DNA of 63,019 nucleotides. It comes from a virus (Duplodnaviria > Caudoviricetes). This document shows, one piece after another, positions 19,666-27,732 of the stretch. Location of the stretch: IMG/VR virus record IMGVR_UViG_3300039668_000014, positions 1 through 63,019 of that record; one strand, 5' to 3'. The first letter of the stretch is position 1; each line of letters opens with the position of its first letter. Made by a program: the position numbers and the translations under genes. A model generated the notes under the pieces. The model ran no database searches. It had not been told where the DNA came from and was given only the letters and a program-made list of their open reading frames with translations.

Positions 19666-21143
19666 TATTCGTAGCCTGGCGCATCCTCTATGTCGGCGAA
19701 TACCCCATTGAGCGCAGTGCGCATTGGCCCTTCCCATTGCAACTCGGGTACGAAGTCGTATCCCATTCCGCAGCGATTGAAAGTCGGCTTAGAATTGAAA
19801 GCGCCAGGAACGCCCAGGGTCTGGATGCTGTGCGTGGTGAAGGTAAAGCCGCGGTCGCGCGATATCCGCAGGAGAACGGATGGCCCGCTGGTGCGGGTTG
19901 GGCCGGTATTGGACCCAGTACCGCATTCCATGTCCGCCATAATGCGCCAGACCGTGAAGGGGTCATAGTTCTGGTTGTTTAGCAAATGCGGGAAGCCGCG
20001 GCGATAGACGATAGCCTGACCGGCGTCGGTATAGGCATTCTCGTCAATCTGGTAGAGTTGGCCGTTGGTCCAGTCGATGGTCAGATTCAGCCCATAAGCA
20101 TAGGCCTTGAACAGGTCCAGCGATCTGTGCTGCACCCCATTGATATCGAAATGGGCCTTTTCGTGCCATTCTTGGCTGATGCCGTCATAGACCCAAGTGC
20201 GGTCGGCGGTCGGGAAATGCCATTCGACAAAGTTGTGGCCGCGAATTTGATATGTCGTGCAGATGCAGTCGGCCACGGTTGGATAGGTCAGCCATTCGTG
20301 CTCGATGGCATGCGTCGATATCTTCTGCGCCTGGTTGGTAATGCCGGCCCCTTGCATGGCCAATCTGGCGCCTTCTGGGCTTTCCGATAGCCAGTAGATA
20401 TTCACATCCTGCCGTGTCACTGCATAGGGCCCAGCAACGCCGTGCTCGACAATGCTGCCTGAAATCAACGTGAACGGGAACGGCGCCAGTCCCGCGTTAT
20501 ACCAGACCTCGCCCTTGTACTTGCCGAATATCCACACTTGCCGCTCGTTGACAATCAGGGTCTGAATCAGGTCGGGCCATGCAGTTTTCTGTCCAACGAA
20601 TAGGTTATTGAATGTGTTGGAATAGAACTGCGTACAGTACCAGACGATGGTATTCGGCTTGTTGAATATCACGAAGCCGTCAAGGAAATCCGTCCGCGTG
20701 CCGCCAAAGAAGTTCGGGTCGGTTATTTGGGTAAACACTTTCGTTGTCAGGTCAATCTGGCCGCCAAAGTTGGTGCCATCGACCAGAAACACGGTAATAC
20801 CGTTATCCGTAACAATGACTGGCGTTGTCGCCGCTGCCGGAAGCATGCCGAGCAGCGTAAAGTTATAGTTGATATCGATGGAATAAACGCCCTGGTTGAT
20901 GACACAGAACAGGTCCCCAGTAGTGGCAGCATAGAGCGCCCGACCCGTTCCGACAGGGGATTGCGGCACTCCATCAATGGGCGGCTTGAGCGCAGTCAGT
21001 CCCGGCCGCGAATAGTGCGTGACCGGGACCGGAGCTTGCGCCCTCTCTGCGTTAACCTCGGGATAGAGGTTAATCGAGCGTTGGGCCCCCGCAATAACGG
21101 AGGCCTGCTGGTACGCCCCGCCAAGCAAAGGTATGCGGACCAT
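19665..21143 (-). CDS. packaged DNA stabilization / tail hub protein (P22 gp10-like)
   Basis: QRSINLYPE, FLDGFVIF, TYQIRGHNF...FPTADRTWVYD, LRISRDRG. Confidence 0.8.
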   Translation of the reverse strand: MVRIPLLGGAYQQASVIAGAQRSINLYPEVNAERAQAPVPVTHYSRPGLTALKPPIDGVPQSPVGTGRALYAATTGDLFCVINQGVYSIDINYNFTLLGMLPAAATTPVIVTDNGITVFLVDGTNFGGQIDLTTKVFTQITDPNFFGGTRTDFLDGFVIFNKPNTIVWYCTQFYSNTFNNLFVGQKTAWPDLIQTLIVNERQVWIFGKYKGEVWYNAGLAPFPFTLISGSIVEHGVAGPYAVTRQDVNIYWLSESPEGARLAMQGAGITNQAQKISTHAIEHEWLTYPTVADCICTTYQIRGHNFVEWHFPTADRTWVYDGISQEWHEKAHFDINGVQHRSLDLFKAYAYGLNLTIDWTNGQLYQIDENAYTDAGQAIVYRRGFPHLLNNQNYDPFTVWRIMADMECGTGSNTGPTRTSGPSVLLRISRDRGFTFTTHSIQTLGVPGAFNSKPTFNRCGMGYDFVPELQWEGPMRTALNGVFADIEDAPGYE

Positions 21144-21146
21144 GCA

Positions 21147-21677
21147 TCATCTGCCGGATTGGCACCACCAATTGCCGCCCTGCGGGACATAGCAGTCCGC
21201 AGATAGGCCGTTGGTCAAAACATAGGTAGCGGTGGCTGGGGTACTGGTGCCGGATGATATCGCTCCCTCGACGTAGTCGATGCCGCCGGGGGTGAACGGA
21301 TTGTTACCGTTGCCGAATAGAAACACGTTCACTCCGGTATTGTTGACAACGAGGATGTTGGCACCCGGCTTGGCCGTCGGCATGTTCAAAGTGCCAGTCA
21401 CTCCTACGGCGGCGGTCAGGAAGTTGAAGCCTGGCTGCAACAGCGTCGAGGTTGTATTCCCGGCCGCTACAGTAAGCGTTGTGAACGAGAAAAAGTTGCT
21501 GAACGTATTATTCTGCAGCCCTTGCACGACGCTATCGAGGTTGGTCGTCGGGTCGCCAAGCGAAGGTCCAGAGACCGACGGCCGCGGTATAACTACGCCA
21601 GCATTGGCATAAAGCGCGCCCACCAAAACCAAGGCGAACACACCACCGAACGCACGAGCAAGACGAAGAGCCTTCAT
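21147..21677 (-). CDS. secreted hypothetical protein
   Basis: Signal peptide ending ALYANA; beta-rich. Confidence 0.6.
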   Translation of the reverse strand: MKALRLARAFGGVFALVLVGALYANAGVVIPRPSVSGPSLGDPTTNLDSVVQGLQNNTFSNFFSFTTLTVAAGNTTSTLLQPGFNFLTAAVGVTGTLNMPTAKPGANILVVNNTGVNVFLFGNGNNPFTPGGIDYVEGAISSGTSTPATATYVLTNGLSADCYVPQGGNWWCQSGR

Positions 21678-21718
21678 GGCTGTCCTCCTGGTTTGGTTGT
21701 AGTCGTTATTAACTACAA

Positions 21719-22501
21719 CTAATAGCTGGTATCGCCAAACACGTTATAATGGCTCGGCCGCCTCAGTATCGACGGCATGACCAACTGCGGAGCCGCAACC
21801 TGAGACATGCGCATGGTTTCGAGACTGTCCTTGGCCAGCGAGTTCAGTTCTGGGTCTGGCCGTAGGCCCTTGCCATAGGCTTGGCGCAGCCTGCGAGCCA
21901 AGTTGTAGACCATCGCGGCGCGGGCGACTGGGGCCAAGTTGGCCAGACTGGTATTCAACGGCAGCAGCAGCGGAAACACGTTCTTGACGATAAGATGCAT
22001 TTCGTAAATCGATGCTTGCGGCCACGGATAGAAATACACGTTTCCGACCGGCGTTTCCGGCTGGTAGTACCAAGCCTTGGGGAAGGCCACCAATTGCTTG
22101 AGTGCAATCTCGGCGTAGCTTTCGGCCGCCGGTATCAATTGCAGCGACTGGTCAACCGGCTGGCCGGACTGCGGCAGAATACGAATATAGGCCTGCTCGA
22201 CCCGGTCGGGCCGTTCCGTCGCGGTTACGATTTGCGCATTGGTGGGGGTAGTAGTGCCGGGAAAATCCAATGGCCCAATGGTGTAAGGCGTGGATTGCCC
22301 AGTAGAAAGCACGCTTACGTCTATCTTATCCCATACCAGCCAAGTCTTGGTATTCCATTGCGCCAGCATGTAGGAAAGTTCATTCTGGGCATCGATGACG
22401 TCATCGCCCGAAGCAACCTGTCCAGGGCCAATAACACCACTGCGACGTAGCCCCGATACGATGACCTCATTAACGGTAAAAGTGCCGTCAATTGCTGACA
22501 T
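21719..22501 (-). CDS. head-tail adaptor (P22 gp4-like)
   Basis: GLRRSGVIGPGQ...LSYMLAQW...YNLARRL; synteny. Confidence 0.7.
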   Translation of the reverse strand: MSAIDGTFTVNEVIVSGLRRSGVIGPGQVASGDDVIDAQNELSYMLAQWNTKTWLVWDKIDVSVLSTGQSTPYTIGPLDFPGTTTPTNAQIVTATERPDRVEQAYIRILPQSGQPVDQSLQLIPAAESYAEIALKQLVAFPKAWYYQPETPVGNVYFYPWPQASIYEMHLIVKNVFPLLLPLNTSLANLAPVARAAMVYNLARRLRQAYGKGLRPDPELNSLAKDSLETMRMSQVAAPQLVMPSILRRPSHYNVFGDTSY

Positions 22502-23018
22502 CGGTTACCGGTTTCTTGTTCTTCGAACCCGGTGGGCGGCCCTTGCGCTTTACTGATGGTTCGTCAATCCATTCCGGCGAATGCACGACTTTAATGCCGC
22601 TGCGGCGATATGACGGTGTGTCCGCAGTTCGTACCGGAATGGCAACGGGCGTCGGCGGCAGGTATGGTTCACTCAAGCCGAGAAACTCCAATATCCGTTG
22701 CTCTTCTGCGGCGTCCTTGACAATCACCGGCTCATTGGCCAGTGGCGCCAAGCCCTCGTCCACCATCTCGATGGTAGCCAATACCGGAATTGGCGAATGC
22801 AGTACCGGCGCCACGCCCTCATAGTATTCCTGTCGGGTATGCTGGTCCACACGCCGGTTCTTCTCCCGCCATTCGACGCGGTCTTCCTTGGTGCAGGGGC
22901 GGGTCAGCATCTTGGGATAGGGATGCCCCGATTTGCCAGGAGGCGCATCGGCGGCCCAGCGCGGGAAATTGCGCTCATCGGTCTGCGGCGTTAACGGAAT
23001 CTGTGGCGGATGTGGCAT
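22488..23018 (-). CDS. hypothetical protein
   Basis: YPKM motif; C-terminal KGRPPGSKNK AT-hook-like segment. Confidence 0.55.
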   Translation of the reverse strand: MPHPPQIPLTPQTDERNFPRWAADAPPGKSGHPYPKMLTRPCTKEDRVEWREKNRRVDQHTRQEYYEGVAPVLHSPIPVLATIEMVDEGLAPLANEPVIVKDAAEEQRILEFLGLSEPYLPPTPVAIPVRTADTPSYRRSGIKVVHSPEWIDEPSVKRKGRPPGSKNKKPVTDVSN

Positions 23019-23266
23019 TATGGTCCTCCTCTACCTGATGGTCCCTTTTTAATCCGGCCAGTCTCCCAAGAATTGGTTGTAGCGCCGGCCACGCTTGTGA
23101 TAGTCACGCCATTGCCTGCATAAGCCGCCTCTTCGGTGGCGTTTGCAAAAGTAACAATAGTGAATTGCTTGGCGTCCCCTTCCGGGTACACCAGCGGCAC
23201 TAGTCGGCCTCCAGCGTCGGTTCCTGTCACCATTTTAGGATAGCTTGTCCCAGCTGGGATGCCCAT
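23018..23266 (-). CDS. hypothetical protein
   Basis: GGAGAG RBS; YPKM and A.EE motifs shared with the next gene. Confidence 0.55.
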   Translation of the reverse strand: MGIPAGTSYPKMVTGTDAGGRLVPLVYPEGDAKQFTIVTFANATEEAAYAGNGVTITSVAGATTNSWETGRIKKGPSGRGGP

Positions 23267-23278
23267 GTTCTCTCCTAT

Positions 23279-23653
23279 CTAGCTACACCAAGGATCAAAC
23301 TTATATTGATCCATGATCTCTTTTGGGGTTGGCCCGCTATCCGGTGTCTTGATACCCCAACACCTGTTCTTTCTATCCGGCCAATATTGCCATTCGCCGT
23401 CGTGGTTTCTTCCGTATCCGCACCACTTGCAGACGTAATAGCGCGGGTGTTCATATTCCTCATTGCGCCGTGGCTTGAAGCAACCGACTGATCTACACAG
23501 CGGATTATCGCAATGCAGATAGTCACGGTTTTCCATCAATCCATCGTGCCGCCGATCTTGGTAGTCATCCCAGGGCTTGGGTCGCCATTGATTGTCCTTT
23601 AGTTCCTGTTCGGTCCAACCTTTGGCTAGCAAGTCTGCCTTCTGATCACTCAT
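23279..23653 (-). CDS. hypothetical Zn-finger-like protein
   Basis: CDNPLC...CKWC. Confidence 0.5.
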   Translation of the reverse strand: MSDQKADLLAKGWTEQELKDNQWRPKPWDDYQDRRHDGLMENRDYLHCDNPLCRSVGCFKPRRNEEYEHPRYYVCKWCGYGRNHDGEWQYWPDRKNRCWGIKTPDSGPTPKEIMDQYKFDPWCS

Positions 23654-23656
23654 ATC

Positions 23657-23707
23657 TTGCTCCCGTTCGTGAGTGGCATACTACACCACATCACGAACGG
23701 AGAGCAA
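23657..23707 (-). promoter_or_regulatory. long hairpin after the coat gene that covers the next RBS
   Basis: TTGCTC-CCGTTCGTGA-GTGG...CCAC-A-TCACGAACGG-A-GAGCAA. Confidence 0.65.
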
Positions 23708-23722
23708 AAAATTAGACTACAT

Positions 23723-24934
23723 CTACACGGTGTCGGGCACGATGCATCCCCATTCTGGTCGAGGAGAGAGACTGCCAAACAGTACGTCAAGTCTTGTGAT
23801 TTCCTGGTCGGTTCCGATTTGGTATTGCGTCAATGATCGCATTGACACGTTGTCATAGCGGTGCCTGGCGCTTTGCTGCAGATTGGCCGGGATTGGCAAA
23901 TCTCCAGTGGTCATCGTAATCATCTGCGGTGCATAGGCGAAATTGCGCCGGAACACCGTCGATGCCAACAGAACCAGCGAGATTGCCGCGCCGCTTGCCG
24001 GCGAGGCAGTAACCGTCTGGTACTGCACCTGATTGCCGCCTGAAGGCGGGATCAGCGACGGATACAGGGTAAGCGATGTCGCGGATGTTGCCGCCGCCAC
24101 CGTCACCACGAACTGCCGCAACATGCCGGTCGATTGCTTGGTCACGCGGTTGACCGCATTGACGCCGGCAATGGTGACGATGTCGCCCGCCAGCAATGTG
24201 CCGGTAATGGCGCTGGTCACCAGCGTCGTTCCGGTCTGGTTGGCACCGCTCACCGTACCCGCACTGAACGTTCCCGTGGTATGTTTTATTACAGTTTGAT
24301 CCATAAACCACGTAAAGCCCAGCGCGCGATACATCACGCCTTCGTAGTATTGCTCGCTGATGGCGGTGCTCGGGTTGAGCAGGCCAGCCAGCGATTGCAC
24401 GACGCGGGCTTCCGTCCACGGATCGTTGATGACCTTCCGGGCCGGCATTGGCGCGGAATTGTCATTGAGCCGTGCTCGGGCCTGTAGGTAAGTGCCCGCA
24501 TTCGGGGTCTGCAGATTGCCCGCCCCATCCAGGTTGCCCTGGATATTGGAGATCGCGCCTTCAGTGTTGGACATGATGGTTGCCGCAACCGAGCCGGCGA
24601 GGTTGTTCATCATCGGCAACAGAATGCGTTCCGCGAAGTCGTCGAGCGACAACAGCAAGTCAGCCTGCGAGAAACTGACATCGACGTGCTGTTGCGTGCT
24701 CATCGTAAGCACGGTCTGCTGTTCCGCGGTGTCCTGCACCGATACGCCGGGGCCGGAAGTCACCACGAAGTCGTTGGGTAGGCGAATGCGAAGCTGAGAT
24801 CCGATTTTGGCGCCTGAGCGTCCAAACTCGTCGTCGAACTGTCTATCGATATTCTTGATAAACGAATTCGAATTTACGAACAGCTCGATCGCCTCGCGAG
24901 TGATCATGCTGATCGTTAGAATTGAATTGGCCAT
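23723..24934 (-). CDS. major capsid protein (P22 coat family)
   Basis: MANSILT..., AKIGSQLRIRLP, GDIVTIAGVNAVN, ITRLDVLFG...RPEW. Confidence 0.92.
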   Translation of the reverse strand: MANSILTISMITREAIELFVNSNSFIKNIDRQFDDEFGRSGAKIGSQLRIRLPNDFVVTSGPGVSVQDTAEQQTVLTMSTQQHVDVSFSQADLLLSLDDFAERILLPMMNNLAGSVAATIMSNTEGAISNIQGNLDGAGNLQTPNAGTYLQARARLNDNSAPMPARKVINDPWTEARVVQSLAGLLNPSTAISEQYYEGVMYRALGFTWFMDQTVIKHTTGTFSAGTVSGANQTGTTLVTSAITGTLLAGDIVTIAGVNAVNRVTKQSTGMLRQFVVTVAAATSATSLTLYPSLIPPSGGNQVQYQTVTASPASGAAISLVLLASTVFRRNFAYAPQMITMTTGDLPIPANLQQSARHRYDNVSMRSLTQYQIGTDQEITRLDVLFGSLSPRPEWGCIVPDTV

Positions 24935-24987
24935 AGCCGTGTGATCCTGTGCTGAGTGAAGCGCCACCTTTCATTGGCGCGGGTTTG

Positions 24988-25088
24988 GCACGAGGTTGCC
25001 CGCTCGGACGGGATGCACGGGATTGAGGCCCGGACCTGCACGGCATTGGGTCAGCCGGATGACAAATTCACGGGATTACCGCCCGGAC
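24988..25088 (-). promoter_or_regulatory. four tandem covarying hairpins in the coat 5' leader
   Basis: + strand CA-CGAG/CTCG-GAC, CA-CGGG/CCCG-GAC, CA-CGGC/GCCG-GAT, CA-CGGG/CCCG-GAC. Confidence 0.65.
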
Positions 25089-25106
25089 GGTCAATCACAC
25101 GGTATG

Positions 25107-25973
25107 CTATACTTTCGGCGCTCCGGAGCCGCCCTTGCCGCCATAGGACCAGGGCCGACCGCGGGAATTGGCTTTCTGCTGCGCCCGCATGCGGAACCAA
25201 GCGTCGTCATGCTCTGGAGTAGCGAATTTGGGGTCGTAAATGTCGATATCGCCTTCCGCCATGGCAGCCGAGCCGCCTTCCTGTAGGCGCTGCACGGGGG
25301 CTGGCGCCTCGGACGGCTTCTTGACTTCCTTCTTCGGTTCCGGCTTCTCCAGCTTCATGCCGATTTGGTAGATAACTGCCCGACGTCGGTTTTCCGACAT
25401 ATCCAGCAGTTCCTGATACTTGTTCGGGTCCTTGCCGAGGGCAATCAGGACTTCGGCCGGATTGTCGGTCGCCATGACGTCGTCCAGAAGCGGTTCGGGA
25501 ATGCCGCCTGCCTTCTGGAAATTGGCCGATGCGGCAGTCCATTCCGGGTTCCTATTCAACTGTTCGGTAGTGCGTTCGACCAGGACCTGCCTACGTGCCG
25601 CTGCCAGCGTGTTGGGGTCAATTCCCGATGGCGGAGCAACCTGCGGACGGGGTGCCTGCGGCGGCGCTCCTTGGGCCTGCGGGGCGGCTTGCTGTGGCGG
25701 TGGTTGTGCCGCCTCGGCCCGCTGGATGGCCTGGGTTTCGCTTTCCTTAATCTTGCGGTGCTGACGGTTGATTTGCTTGTCGCGCCAGTTGACCTCGGAA
25801 CGAACCCTGGCCGCATAGGCCTCTAAGGTTTCCCCGGTCTTAGGGTTTAAATCGTCCGTAGATGGCTCAGGGCTAGTTTTTGCCTCTTCGGGCTGTGTGG
25901 TAGCGGGTTGCTCTTCGGCCTTTCCTTGGCCTTCTGTATCGGTTTGTGGGGTAGTCTGCTCTTGTTCTGCCAT
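25107..25973 (-). CDS. scaffolding protein
   Basis: Directly upstream of coat; acidic/Pro-rich and helical; KKPSEAPAPV. Confidence 0.7.
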   Translation of the reverse strand: MAEQEQTTPQTDTEGQGKAEEQPATTQPEEAKTSPEPSTDDLNPKTGETLEAYAARVRSEVNWRDKQINRQHRKIKESETQAIQRAEAAQPPPQQAAPQAQGAPPQAPRPQVAPPSGIDPNTLAAARRQVLVERTTEQLNRNPEWTAASANFQKAGGIPEPLLDDVMATDNPAEVLIALGKDPNKYQELLDMSENRRRAVIYQIGMKLEKPEPKKEVKKPSEAPAPVQRLQEGGSAAMAEGDIDIYDPKFATPEHDDAWFRMRAQQKANSRGRPWSYGGKGGSGAPKV

Positions 25974-26107
25974 TGTTCACTCCATTGGCATCGGGTTACC
26001 GCCGAGACGGGTTTGCACACTAGAGATTGAGGAGGGCGTCGATCACAACGATAAATACGAGGCTGATTATGGCAATTGATATAATCGACTCAGCTTGCTC
26101 GACCACA

Positions 26108-26557
26108 TCAATGCTGCAAATGCCTGCGCTGGGTAATCTCTGGCGAGTCACCGGGCTTCTGCCGCAGTTCCTTCTCGCGGTCCTCGATAATGGCGTCCAG
26201 AATGCGGTCTTTCATATGCTCGGTAACGTCATTGCGATTGAGCATCTCGACCAGCCGCTGCCGCGCCATATCGTACCAATACAGCCAGCCTGGGGTATCC
26301 TGCTGCAGCGAGCCGTCAGCGATATGATAGATTGAGCCTTCGGGGGTTCTACCAATGCGCCCGTGCCTTCTACCAATAAGGTAGTCCTTGACCGTGGGAA
26401 ATGTCTTGCCGAACACGTCGGGGACGATATCGAGTAACGCCCGCTCGCCCCGCGAGACCTGTACATACTTCTCGCCGCGGCTTTCGGCACCCCTGATGAA
26501 CTCATAGAACTCGCCAGCAAGCTCCTTGGCCAGCGAGCGGATAGTGGCCTCAGTCAT
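26108..26557 (-). CDS. hypothetical protein
   Basis: IRSLAKELAGEFYE... ORF in the late operon. Confidence 0.55.
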   Translation of the reverse strand: MTEATIRSLAKELAGEFYEFIRGAESRGEKYVQVSRGERALLDIVPDVFGKTFPTVKDYLIGRRHGRIGRTPEGSIYHIADGSLQQDTPGWLYWYDMARQRLVEMLNRNDVTEHMKDRILDAIIEDREKELRQKPGDSPEITQRRHLQH

Positions 26558-26929
26558 GCCAATGCCACCAGTAATTTCGATCCCATTGAATCCCCCGTAA
26601 GCGCCATTTCTTCGGCTTTGCCCGCAGGATCGGCTGACCCTGGATATAGCCGGGTTCATTCAATGCCCAATGCTTGTTGTACCAAATCAATCTGGGGAAA
26701 TTAAAACAGAACCCACACACCAGCCGATAGCGACACTGATGCTGCCAATCAGGAATCGTATCCATTCGCCATCGAGGCCAAAGGGCCAATGTAAAGCCAT
26801 GGTGACAATCATAATTGAAATGATATCCGGTCGATAGCGCGAACCATTTGCGCTTGATGAGCATTCAATTCGGACTCCACGCCCGCATAATAAGCCAGAA
26901 CACAAAGATAACGAACAAAATCTCAAACA

Positions 26930-27094
26930 TTACTTGCCGCGCCGCTGTTCGCTCAGTCCGATTGCGATTGCTTGGCGCCTTGATTTGACCACCGGCCCCT
27001 TCTTAGACCCGCTGTGTAACGCGCCATGTTTGTATTCCCGAAGCACCTTGGCGACTTTTGACTTGGCGGGAGTGTGCTTTGTACGGTGGGCCAT
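26930..27094 (-). CDS. DUF6496-like small basic protein (not in the ORF track)
   Basis: MAHRTKHTPAKSKVAKVLREYKHGALHSGSKKGPVVKSRRQAIAIGLSEQRRGK. Confidence 0.7.
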   Translation of the reverse strand: MAHRTKHTPAKSKVAKVLREYKHGALHSGSKKGPVVKSRRQAIAIGLSEQRRGK

Positions 27095-27095
27095 A

Positions 27096-27422
27096 TCAAA
27101 CCTCTACCTTGGGGACGTGCAACAGCCCCTTCTTGTGGAACCGTGCGCCAATCTTGGTATAGGCCTTACGCTTTTCGTCTGCTTGGCCGCGGGCGATGGT
27201 CTTGAGTTTGGCGCGTTTGGCCGAACGTGGTTGCATGCCGGGGTCATGCTTGGCCGCCGCCATATTGGCCGCGCTATAGGCCAAATGCTTACCACTCTTG
27301 CTCTTGTAGGTGTGCTGAGTGCCATAGGCAGGAAAAACCCGCTCCGCCTTGCCACTCATTGTTCTCGCAATCTTCGATTGGGCTGATCTAAAGTTGCCCT
27401 TCTCATCGCGATGTTCGATCAT
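27096..27422 (-). CDS. small basic protein (paralog A)
   Basis: K/R-rich; HRDEKG..SAQSKIAR. Confidence 0.55.
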   Translation of the reverse strand: MIEHRDEKGNFRSAQSKIARTMSGKAERVFPAYGTQHTYKSKSGKHLAYSAANMAAAKHDPGMQPRSAKRAKLKTIARGQADEKRKAYTKIGARFHKKGLLHVPKVEV

Positions 27423-27423
27423 T

Positions 27424-27732
27424 CTAGTATCTTTCCTCATGCGCTTTTTTGTACGCTCGTTGCCCCTTAATGCCCCCGTGATATTCGGTAAGACCCTTTG
27501 TATAATCACGCCGAATCTGGCTTTTCTGGCCACGCTTAATGGCCTTGAGTTTAGCAGACTTATTACTATGAATGTCCCTACTAATGGCTGCACGATGAAA
27601 CACCCGCCCTTCGGCAGCTATTATCTTTCGTTGTTCGCGCCAGGGCTTTGGTAAGTTGGTATTGCCGCGCATCTGACGCGCTGCCTTTGACTGCGCGGGC
27701 GAAATCCGCCCCTTGTCGTCATGGTGTGGCAT
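27424..27732 (-). CDS. small basic protein (paralog B)
   Basis: K/R-rich; HHDDKG..PAQSKAAR. Confidence 0.55.
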   Translation of the reverse strand: MPHHDDKGRISPAQSKAARQMRGNTNLPKPWREQRKIIAAEGRVFHRAAISRDIHSNKSAKLKAIKRGQKSQIRRDYTKGLTEYHGGIKGQRAYKKAHEERY

